A stretch of DNA of 63,878 bases, counting the filler, from Octopus bimaculoides (Eukaryota), in assembly GCF_001194135.2 (NCBI RefSeq). It is 7 parts of 5 records of this genome, joined end to end, with 100 filler letters (N's around TTAATTAATTAA, not from the genome) between each part and the next. Parts side by side here need not be neighbours in the genome. Positions count along the whole stretch, not along the records: positions 46,384 to 55,781 come from NC_068981.1; positions 55,882 to 58,401 come from NC_068982.1; positions 58,502 to 63,878 come from NC_068995.1; 4 more parts are not named here. One strand, given 5' to 3'. Position 1 is the first letter of the stretch, and every line of letters starts with the position of its first letter. The notes under the pieces are model-generated. The model made no database searches and was not told the DNA's origin. It saw only the letters and a program-made list of their open reading frames with translations. Shown here one piece after another: positions 50,873-61,161 of the stretch. The position numbers and the translations under genes were made by a program.

Positions 50873-51059
50873 ATCTCTTGTTAGATAATTAAACTGGATT
50901 ATTCAATTATATGTCTCCTTGGAGTAACCAAAATTGTTCAAGTGGAATGAAATTATGATATAGTAGTCAATAACTACATACTTTAAATAGCCAATGGTTC
51001 AATATGCTGCACTTTGCCAGAAGCTACATGTCATATATCTGACTTAAATTCTGCTCCTG

Positions 51060-51480
51060 TCATCATCGTCATCATCATCATCATCATCATCAAATGTCCG
51101 TTTTCCATGGTGGCATGGGTTGGACGGTTCGACTGGGGTCTGGAAAGCCAGGAGGCTGCACTAGACTCCAGTCCTATCTGGCAATGTTTCTATAGCTGGA
51201 TGCCCTTCCTTACACCAACCACTCCGAGAGTGTAGTGGATGCTTTTTACGTGCCACTAGCATGGGCCAGAGGGGGCTGTCATCGACCACGATAGGATGGT
51301 GCTTTTTACATGCCACCAGCATGGGAGCCAGTCAAGGCAGTGCTGATGTTGTCCACATTCGGATGGTGCTTTTTATGTGCCACCAGCACAGTAGCCAGTC
51401 GAGGCGAGGGGGCTGGCACTGACCATGTTCAGATGGTGCTTTTTACGTGCCACCGGCATGGGGACCACAACTACAATTTC
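51060..51480 (-). mobile_element. RTE-type 3' tail repeat with internal repeated TGCTTTTTA(C/T)GTGCCAC units
   Basis: (CAT)n..TTTCCATGG..GGGTTGGACGG..GCTGGATGCCCTTCCTTACACCAACCACTCCGAGAG. Confidence 0.85.
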
Positions 51481-52132
51481 CACTTGATTGTAATTTGATT
51501 TCATTTTGATGTTGATGTACTTGACTCAATAGGTCTCGCCCTACAATCCAAGAGTACTTTTTGAGCTGGTTATGCGACACTGGTGTAGGTTACAGCTGTG
51601 ATCTTACTTTATTTGTCATATCTTTTAAACTACACTATAACTAGCCCCCTGAATTAGTACTCTTTTAGATGATATTTTCTTTCTGTCAACTAATGCAGAT
51701 CATATACACTATATGTTATGCATATTAACTGCATTGAACAATCCTATCCCTCCAGTTTTGTCATGGCTATTATGACTATCAACAAAAGTCAAATAGCATT
51801 GAACCACCAGGGAAGTTTCCTCAGGCTGTAAACCTGATATCTTGTTATGAAAACAATTTATATTTTCTTAACTAAGTTGGAAATGGGAGATTGTAAGACA
51901 ATCATTATCTTTCCAAATGATATTAGCAAAGTTATTGCAGAATAGTTATGTCCACCTAGGAAACAAAAGGTGGTGATTAATTAGGTTCACAATTGCTATT
52001 CTTCCACTACTTCACTATCAATAAAGTACATATAAACTAGATATTGTCATTGTTATCATTGCTGCCACTATTGTCACCACTGTTGTTGCCTCACTGTCTA
52101 CATAATTTTATTTCATCTCATCCTTGAAATCT

Positions 52133-52308
52133 ACCCCTAGGTCTCCTGCTGGTTGGTTCAGCTTGAATCCATCATGCGATTCTTTCCTGCAGCATTCTCA
52201 TTACATGTCTAAAGTACAGGAGCTGTGATCTCTGAGCTATGCATTTGTTGAGTAACATTATTGCAGAGATGCTTCAGAGAATCTCCGTTTTTGTGAAACA
52301 GGAGTAAT
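52133..52308 (-). mobile_element. RTE ORF 3' fragment, copy 2
   Basis: See copy 1. The offset is 1436 bp. Confidence 0.7.
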
Positions 52309-52701
52309 TCACTTCTTTCACATCTTAACCAACTTGTTACATTACACACATATTTTACTGGTTTAACATATTGATATGAATGAACAAAAGTGTTCATTCA
52401 TAGAAGAAAGTCACATACTGAGTGCAGAATGTCCATGTAACATAAGAAATTTTGTAATAAGTGGAAGATACACCTCAGCTGATGTCTTTAATGCCTCACC
52501 TTTTGCAGATTTCATTTACAGTTTTTTCTTTTTCTTAAAGATTAATTTTGTATGTCCATCTCATGGAACATACTTTAAAAAAAATCTCTGCAATTATTGT
52601 GTTTTTAATACCAGTATCTTATTACATTGAAGTGTTATGCTTGATATAGCTTGCTGTTTCCATGTAATGAGATTATTTGATAACATGATCTATTTCATTA
52701 G

Positions 52702-52946
52702 GTATCTGGGAGTATATAGAAGAAACAAAGAATACAATTTATAAGTTATACATTAGCCTCAAAATGTCAAAGGAAAATGTACAAACAATTGAAGTATTGA
52801 TGTCCACATGGAATAAGCTACCATTGTTTGAACGTAAAGATGAGAAAAATGGACTCTTGCTCAATTTGGATGACAGAATAGATCGTCTAGCAAAGCGCTC
52901 AGCAGAAATTACTAAAAATGGGCAACTAATTCATGAACTTGTACAG
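52702..52946 (+). CDS. DNAH9/11/17: Axonemal dynein heavy chain, internal exon, phase 1 to 0
   Basis: tAG|(G)IWEYIEETK...SKENVQTI...W.KLPLFERKDEKNGLLLNLDDRIDRL.KR..EI..NG..IHELVQ|GTAAAA. It is phase-compatible with both neighbouring exons. Confidence 0.92.
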
Positions 52947-52965
52947 GTAAAAGCTAAATTAAAAC

Positions 52966-52988
52966 GTGTGTGTGTGTGTGAGAGAGAG

Positions 52989-53049
<61 letters not shown>
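52966..53049. repeat. (GT)n/(GA)n microsatellite just inside the dynein intron
   Basis: Read directly from the sequence. Confidence 0.95.
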
Positions 53050-53053
<4 letters not shown>

Positions 53054-53339
53054 ATCCTATTTGAATGACAAATACACTTTATTTGTACAGAAGAGGGTTC
53101 TCTTAACTATTTAAACATAAAGTACCAGTGGTATGTACTTTGTAAAACATCTAGATGAGCTGAGATACATCGTCAGTGATGTCACCTGGAGGTATCAAAG
53201 GTTTCATGTTTCTCAACATCAGACACCCACATTCAGGTGATCAAGGTGACACATATTGACTTACATTCTAGCAGCAACATTCATATATCATTCTTCTTAA
53301 TACAAAGTAATCTGATAGCTTTTTTTAGCAACTTCACAT

Positions 53340-54530
53340 GGAACAATATGATGCTTTTCGCTTCCACCCATGTAAAGTTCAATCAGTTGAGGACTTTGCA
53401 GGCTGTACATCTTGCACTGTCTTTATAGCCTATCTGTACATGTTCATAATGGGTTTTCTAGCAAGTACCCTGTCACTTCTCCAATTCCCAATACTTCTCA
53501 TGTTACCTTTCCTTGGCTTCTTCAATATACTCTTTCCCCAGGGCACTCTAAGTTCCATTGTGATCAATATTTTTGTTACCTCAGAACTGATGATCATGTA
53601 TGACAAGAGTGTTGGTACTAAGTGTTGTGGTAACTTCAGCTGCCTGCCCAGATCAACAACCAGCTGCCAATCAGAGTGTGTGCCTGTTCTTGTTTTTGTT
53701 TGTGAATTTGGTTTCTTTCTAGTTTTGACAAATCTAATTGACTTCTTTTTGATGTAGTGGTGTTTATTTATACTGATTATTCTTAGTGATTGCCCTGAGC
53801 AGCTGATGAGGTTGTTGATGATAGCAGCCATTTCCAAGAGCTCTTTGGCAACTATTGAAGTGTTCTAAGGATCTTCTTTCAAAATGGACATGATGATGTT
53901 TCATGCTTACCTTAGATGTAATGGTTAGCTGGGCTTGGTAAGATATTGTAGGCAACCTAGACAAAGAACTGCATATAATGGAAATCTATCTGCATAATGT
54001 TTGACCAAGTATCCCTATGCTCCGAGCTTGTCCATGCTCCATGCAACCTGAACCTTCCCTGTCCTACTCAACTCTTCTTCGTCTGTGCTTGCTCAGACCA
54101 GATAAAAAGTTGTTTCTACTTGCTCTAAACCTTACTAACCTAGGTCTTTTGAAAGAATCCTAAGTCTGCTCTGCCAGTTGACATGATGCTCACCAACTCC
54201 TTTCACCCTAGGCCTTTTTCTGCCATATTGCATTGCTTTCTCTGCTCTTCATATCCACTCCCCATGAGAATATACCCACTGATGACATATTCTGATCCCT
54301 GGAGCCCTTACAACTTTGAAATTTTTTTAAAGTTACCATATATTCTTCAGAGATGCTAATGAATGGAAGCTGAAAGATATTACTGGCCTCCAGACAATGC
54401 CACACCATTGAGTCTTCAGGAAAATCCCCAGACCCTTGCAGAGAAAGCCACTGATCTCCCTTTCAAGGGACTCAACTGTTATCAGTGGAACCATGTAAAG
54501 CAGTAGATGTCATAGGTCTCATGGTAGGAA
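53340..54530 (-). mobile_element. HERO/NeSL-like RLE non-LTR retrotransposon, decayed C-terminal part
   Basis: Minus frames give NIFQLPF.S..EEYMVT...SRD..SS.G, SLEHF.SC..ALG.G.Y and DWQLVVDLGRQLKLPQHL.PT..........SE.TK.LI.MEL.VPW, in the expected order. Confidence 0.75.
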
Positions 54531-54755
54531 AGGGCAGGATAGAATGTTGATAAATCCAGATCTTGGAAACTATCTAGAAACAGTTAAAATAATCTGTTTA
54601 TCTTGAAAAGAGAAGCAATGTTTTTTTTTTATATATAATACACTTCATTTTCTCATTTCAAGACTGAGTAAAATATGGTATTTAACAATTGTACTCTTTG
54701 TAATCTTAATATATATGGTATTTATAGCATATATTTATTCTTGCATTTATTCCAG

Positions 54756-55088
54756 AAAAATATAGAAAACTTTCAAGCAGATCCTGATTCAGTTGAGTGG
54801 AAAGCATATGTTGACTATGTTGATCAGAAAGTTGCTGTGGGATTTTTTGCCCTCATTGGGACAAGTCTCAATTTTTTTCTGAATAACACAGACCCTCTAG
54901 AAACAACTGATCCACTATTTGAAGTGAAACTGGAGCTAAATATTCCCGAAATGCAGTTTTCTCCGTCACTGAATATTCAAAACCCAGATGGATTCTGGGA
55001 CCTTGTTGAAGGACTCATGGATGATATATACTCACAAGCATCAGGCATACAACGGCTTGCAAAGCATAATAATGTACATAATTATGAG
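54756..55088 (+). CDS. DNAH9/11/17: Axonemal dynein heavy chain, internal exon, phase 0 to 0
   Basis: cAG|KNIENFQADPDSVEWKAYVDYVD...GFF..I..SLNFFL.NTDP...DPLFEVKLEL..PEMQFSPSL...DGFWDLVEGLMDDIY..AS.I.RLAKHN..HNYE|GTAAAA. 333 nt. Confidence 0.93.
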
Positions 55089-55781
55089 GTAAAATTAATG
55101 TCATAACTTCTTGCATTAGCTTTATTCAACTTTTATGTGACAGATTGGGAGTAATTAACTTTTGATATCTTATTCTCTAGTCTTCAAACAGCTGACTAAA
55201 AAAAAAGCTATGACATTTTAGGAAAGCACAGAAACAAGCATTTGGTATCAAGGTACTTTAAAACAGTATTATGTTTACTACTAAAGAAAGGTACAACACA
55301 ATGTATTCAAATTTGAAAGTATGAATTATTGATGCATTAAGTGTGTATTGCTTCTATGCTATACTGTACCATAGAATATATCTGTAGATTTTAACCACCA
55401 CTATTTATATGGGAGTTCTGTAAATGGCCGCTCCAATGCCGTATCTGTTGAGCAGTACATGAAGCAATTTCGACACTTAAGAGAAACAACTTCAAAATCA
55501 AGTAGGATTTTAAAAATTAATTTGTTTATATATTCCATTCCAATGTTTTTTTCTCTTCTTATATGAAAGTATGAAAAATATGAAAATCAGAAAGTGTAAG
55601 TGTTTGATCCAAAAAAGGGAATCTCTTCATAGTGGCTGACTTGCTAGGAATAGTGGCCAGATTGCCCTCAAATAACATTTTATTGTTATTAGAAATGAGG
55701 GGAACATTAATTATATATTTCCATATACATTCTGGAAAAAAAAAATGTTGGGTTAGTCACAACTAGAACACTTTTGATCAG

Positions 55782-55881
55782 NNNNNNNNNNNNNNNNNNN
55801 NNNNNNNNNNNNNNNNNNNNNNNNNTTAATTAATTAANNNNNNNNNNNNNNNNNNNNNNNNNNNNNNNNNNNNNNNNNNNN
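55782..55881. other. Artificial joining spacer
   Basis: TTAATTAATTAA at 55826-55837 centred in Ns. Confidence 0.95.
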
Positions 55882-55946
<65 letters not shown>

Positions 55947-56050
55947 TGTGTGTACTTACATATAAGAGACCAAAGTGTACACATACTGCCATATGTATAT
56001 GAAAAAGGAATACAAATAATGGGACAAGAACGCAAAACAATCCAGAGAGA

Positions 56051-56571
56051 TGATAAAAAAAGGGACAAGAAAAAACAAGGACGGGTCATTCGGAGTTTTC
56101 TTTCTTCAGTCAAGTTCCAGATTATCTTTGCAATTTCAGCTGGTTATACTCGAGATTACTCCAATCTGGCCAGCCCCAAGCTCTGAGCACTAGATTCCTT
56201 CGAAGAAAGCAGTAAATTCCTCTCCCTGCCTGTCATCTCTTATGTCCCTGCCATGAAGCTCCACTTCCACACACACCAGCTTAATTTAATTCATCCTTAG
56301 TCGAAAGACACCTGTTGTTAATGTCCTGTTATTTGCATTTGTATTTGTGTACCATTTCTCCATTTTTTTTCCATCCTTATTTTCATATACGTTTGCTGCT
56401 TTCTTCAAAGGAATCTAGTGCTCTTAGCTTAGTTTTCCCTTGGGGCTAGCCAGTTTAAAGCAATCTCGAGTATAACCAGCCGAAATTGTAAAGATAATCT
56501 GGAGCTCGACTGAAGAAAGAAAACTCCAAATGACCCGTTCTTGTTTTTTCTTGTTCCTTTTTTTGCATCAT
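56051..56571. mobile_element. Second foldback element with ~170-bp inverted arms (56051-~56216 / 56391-56571), running into a gap
   Basis: ACAAGAAAAAACAAGGACGGGTCATTCGGAGTTTTCTTTCTTCAGTC... is the reverse complement of ...GACTGAAGAAAGAAAACTCCAAATGACCCGTTCTTGTTTTTTCTTGT. Confidence 0.8.
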
Positions 56572-57899
56572 NNNNNNNNNNNNNNNNNNNNNNNNNNNNN
56601 NNNNNNNNNNNNNNNNNNNNNNNNNNNNNNNNNNNNNNNNNNNNNNNNNNNNNNNNNNNNNNNNNNNNNNNNNNNNNNNNNNNNNNNNNNNNNNNNNNNN
56701 NNNNNNNNNNNNNNNNNNNNNNNNNNNNNNNNNNNNNNNNNNNNNNNNNNNNNNNNNNNNNNNNNNNNNNNNNNNNNNNNNNNNNNNNNNNNNNNNNNNN
56801 NNNNNNNNNNNNNNNNNNNNNNNNNNNNNNNNNNNNNNNNNNNNNNNNNNNNNNNNNNNNNNNNNNNNNNNNNNNNNNNNNNNNNNNNNNNNNNNNNNNN
56901 NNNNNNNNNNNNNNNNNNNNNNNNNNNNNNNNNNNNNNNNNNNNNNNNNNNNNNNNNNNNNNNNNNNNNNNNNNNNNNNNNNNNNNNNNNNNNNNNNNNN
57001 NNNNNNNNNNNNNNNNNNNNNNNNNNNNNNNNNNNNNNNNNNNNNNNNNNNNNNNNNNNNNNNNNNNNNNNNNNNNNNNNNNNNNNNNNNNNNNNNNNNN
57101 NNNNNNNNNNNNNNNNNNNNNNNNNNNNNNNNNNNNNNNNNNNNNNNNNNNNNNNNNNNNNNNNNNNNNNNNNNNNNNNNNNNNNNNNNNNNNNNNNNNN
57201 NNNNNNNNNNNNNNNNNNNNNNNNNNNNNNNNNNNNNNNNNNNNNNNNNNNNNNNNNNNNNNNNNNNNNNNNNNNNNNNNNNNNNNNNNNNNNNNNNNNN
57301 NNNNNNNNNNNNNNNNNNNNNNNNNNNNNNNNNNNNNNNNNNNNNNNNNNNNNNNNNNNNNNNNNNNNNNNNNNNNNNNNNNNNNNNNNNNNNNNNNNNN
57401 NNNNNNNNNNNNNNNNNNNNNNNNNNNNNNNNNNNNNNNNNTATATATATATATATATATATGTTGTTGTGTCTAGGGAGAGTCATAATGCCAATATAAT
57501 TAACACACACACTGGTTCAATTTCACTCCTTTATTATTAGTCAATTGGTTACATATCCAACTAAATAATCGATTGTTTCATTTGTCTTGCTTCTGTTTGT
57601 CAAAGCTCTTTTGTTGCTATTTGCAACCTTTTCAATGACTATTGACTTAGTCCATTATAGAGGCCACATTTGTCTGTTTCAGATCTTGCTGGATGTGTAT
57701 GCGTTCTTTTTTTTTTGGGGGGGGGGGGGTGCATACCAGCATGTGTGTGTGTGTGCCAGCATGTGCATGTGTATGTATGTATGTATGTATGTATGCATGC
57801 ATGGATGTATGTATTCTGCATATTCATGTGTTTGCATGTCTACCTCTACTTTCTTGTGTGTATGTGTGTGTGCTTGTATATTTATGTGCATGAGTTTGT

Positions 57900-58130
57900 T
57901 ATTTCTTTATTGCCGACAAGGGGCTAAACATAGAGGGGACAAACAAGGACAGACAAAGGGATTAAGTCGATTACATTGACCCCAATGTGTAACTGGTACT
58001 TAATTTATCGACCCTGAAAGGATGAAAGGCAAAGTCGACATCGGCGGAATTTGAACCCAGAACGTAATAGCAGACGAAATACTGCTAAGCATTTCGCCCG
58101 GCGTGCTAACATTTCTACCAGCTCGCCGCC
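57900..58130 (-). mobile_element. SINE family A, full length with 18-bp TSD
   Basis: Reverse complement of the 20495 copy. TTATGTG(C/T)ATGAGTTTGT lies at 57882-57899 and 58131-58148. Confidence 0.9.
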
Positions 58131-58401
58131 TTATGTGTATGAGTTTGTGTGAGTATGCACATACGCCTGTTGTGCATGCATGTGTGCGTATATGTATCTT
58201 TGTGTGTATGCATGTGTGTGGAGTGTGTGTGTATATATGGTTGTGTGTTTCTGTCTCCTTATGTGTGTGCATGTGTGCTTGTCTGTCCATACTGCCTACC
58301 TATGTACCTCTCTATCTATCTATCTATCTATCTATCTATTTATCTATTTATCGATCAATCTACTTACCTACTTACTCACTTATCTAACCTACTTACCCAC
58401 T

Positions 58402-58501
58402 NNNNNNNNNNNNNNNNNNNNNNNNNNNNNNNNNNNNNNNNNNNNTTAATTAATTAANNNNNNNNNNNNNNNNNNNNNNNNNNNNNNNNNNNNNNNNNNN
58501 N
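58402..58501. other. Artificial joining spacer
   Basis: TTAATTAATTAA at 58446-58457 centred in Ns. Confidence 0.95.
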
Positions 58502-59272
58502 TTTTATTCAATGTGTTTCTATTGAATTAGCATTTGTCAAAATGAAGTGTAGAAAACAACATCCACCATGTGGTATCCGTTTTTATTGATGCATTTCTGA
58601 AGGTATTCCGGGGTCCGTACTGTTCGTAGCGTCCCAACGGTCTCCTATTCATTACTGTACCTCGTGTACGAAGTGCATTCACGCTACGTAAGATTGTGTT
58701 ACGGGTGGCAATTGCCTGATCTCAGTGACTGTTGAAGTAGCGTCGAATCTCAGGCTGAACTAGTGTGACACACCCATTATTCTTCACGTAACTGTCCTAG
58801 GCAAACACACGATGCTCTCTCGTCCACCGCGCCATAAAAGAAAAGCAAATGCTGAAAAGAAAAACAAATGCTAAGACACCACGGGCCAAATGGTACCTTT
58901 CGGACATATGTCCCTCCCTCTGGTGCTGAGTAATAGCCATTTCAAATACGTCCCACCTCTTTTCCCCACCCTGTATAAGTGGAAATAAATAAAATCCAGT
59001 TTTTAACTAATCACATCATTTTTTTTTCTTTCACGACGGTTGATTGCATTGAACAGATTAGAAAACTGAAGACGTTGTCACGAGAAAAACAAAATGTCAG
59101 CTATGTCACGCAACACTTGTAGNNNNNNNNNNNNNNNNNNNNNNNNNNNNNNNNNNNNNNNNNNNNNNNNNNNNNNNNNNNNNNNNNNNNNNNNNNNNNN
59201 NNNNNNNNNNNNNNNNNNNNNNNNNNNNNNNNNNNNNNNNNNNNNNNNNNNNNNNNNNNNNNNNNNNNNNNN

Positions 59273-59935
59273 GCGTATGTGCATGCATGTGTGTGTGCGT
59301 GTGCTTGTGGCTGTGTTTGGGCGTGTAATATGTGCATATGTGTCTGTGTGCGTGTGTGTAGTATGTGTGTGCGTGTGTATACGTGTGTGTGCGTGCATGT
59401 GTGTGTGTGTGCCTGTGCGTGCGTGTTGTGTGTGTGTGTTTGGTCATGTAATGTGCGTATGTATCTCTGTGCGTGTGTGTATGTAGTATGTGTATGTGTG
59501 TGTCTTTGTGTGCGTGTGTGCTCGTGCGTCTGTGTGTGTCTGTGTGTGCGTGTTGTGCGTGTGCATATGTGGGGCGGAGCGTGTGTGCGTGAGTAATCTA
59601 TGTTGATGTGTCTGTGCGTGTGTGTCTGTGAGTGTTTCTCTGTGTGCGTGTGTGCGTGTGTATGTGTATGTGTATGTGAGCATGTGCGCGTACTACATCT
59701 ATGTTCGTGCGTACGCGCGCGCGCGCGTGTGCGTTTGTGTGTGTGTGCGTGTGCGCATGCATATGCACATCAGTTTTAGCATGAGTGGTATCGTGTGGTA
59801 TTCGCGTGACATGGGAGATCTAGGTAGATATTTGTACACGGATATATCTAAATATGTGTGTGTGCGCGCGCGTGTGTATGTGTGTGCACTCGCGCGTGAG
59901 AGCGAGTGAGAGGGAGAAAGAGAGAGAGAGAGATA
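59273..59935. repeat. Long degenerate (GT)/(GC)/(GA) low-complexity tract
   Basis: Read directly; it is the source of many spurious ORFs. Confidence 0.9.
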
Positions 59936-60256
59936 CATTATAAGTATGAGCGCATGTGTTTCTACCGACGCATAATCTTAAATGTCACCGACTACAAATT
60001 TCGTGCAACATATAATAGAGGAATATCAATCAGTGTATTTGTGTGGGTTGCTATGAATACATATACATACGTGCATTTTCATGCCTATGTGTGCGTGCGT
60101 TTGCGTGTGCGCGTGTGTGTGCGTGCACGTGGGTGTCTTTATTTAATCCTTCCAACTTTTCTTTAATCCTGTTCGTATGTAAACTCCAGTAATACAGTTT
60201 ATATCAAATTGTCGAATACAAATGGCACGCGCACTAATTCACGCAAGTATATGCCT

Positions 60257-60298
<42 letters not shown>

Positions 60299-60420
60299 CA
60301 CACACTCACAGTAGCGTAAGCATATACATGTATATGTGCATGCATGTATGTATCTACCTACATGAATGTACGTGCGTATTTATTTATGTATACATGTTTT
60401 ATTTGTATATATATATATAT

Positions 60421-60545
60421 AGGTACAGGAGTGCTTCCCAACCACATGATTCCGAGTTCAGTTCCACTGCGAGACACCTTGCGCAAGAGTCTTCTGCTAT
60501 AACCTCGGACCGACCAAAGTCCTGTGAGTCGATTTGGTAGGCGGA
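60421..60545 (+). mobile_element. 5' fragment of SINE family B
   Basis: AGGTACAGGAG..CAACCACATGATTCCGAGTTCAGTTCCACTGCG..CACCTTG.GCAAG.GTCTTCT.CTATA. Confidence 0.75.
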
Positions 60546-60574
60546 AATATATATATATATATATATATGTATCC

Positions 60575-60700
60575 ATCCCTGTTACTTTACCTTTCAGAAT
60601 CGAAAGACACTAAGTCGGCTTCGGTGGGGTTTGAACCCAGTGACGGAGAATTGAAACGATTACGACAAAGCATTCTATCCAACTCTCTATCGACTCTGCT
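60575..60700 (-). mobile_element. Degenerate SINE A-like copy
   Basis: The reverse complement contains GCAGAGTCG.TAG..AATGCTT..GGGTTCAAACCCCACCGAAGCCGACTT. Confidence 0.5.
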
Positions 60701-60914
60701 AAGTAACCACCACAATATCTGCTTAAAAAGTGAAGTGAACTTGCAGAATAGTCAGTCCCAAACACAATACTGTTTGGTATTTGCTCCGTCTCCCACGTTT
60801 TGAGTAAAACTACCACCAAAGTTAAATTTTCCTTTCCTTTTCATTCCCCCCGGGTTTGTTAAAACAAATTTCTAATGAAGTTCTGGGGTAAATTTAATCA
60901 ACTATTGTTTTGTT

Positions 60915-61161
60915 GCGCCCTTTTAAAGCCTAACCAGGCTCATGGGCCCGGTTTCCCGGTTTCAATGGCGTATGTCTTCCCCAGCCGGACGGGACGCCGG
61001 TCCATCGCAGCGTTACTCATTTTTGCCGGCTGAGTGGACTGGAGCAACGTGAAATGAAGTGTTTTGCTCAAGTACACAACGCGTCGCCTGGTCCAGGAAT
61101 CGAAACCACACTCTTACGATCATGGTGCTGACACCCTAACCACTGAGCCACGTGCCTCCAC
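60915..61161 (-). mobile_element. tRNA-type SINE family C, full length
   Basis: Minus strand GGAGGCACGTGGCTCAGTGGTTAGG (A box)..GGTTTCGATTCC (B box)..GTTGTGTACTTGAGCAAAACACTT..GTTGCTCCAGTCCACTCAGC. Confidence 0.85.

Noticed and set aside
59085-59105. CTGAAGA-CGT-TGTC-ACG-AGAAA hammerhead-like core
   Set aside because: Stems I and III cannot pair.
60915-61161. tRNA gene (A and B boxes present)
   Set aside because: The tRNA-like head continues into a SINE body that has a second copy at 48055; no complete cloverleaf. The same applies to the family A and B heads.
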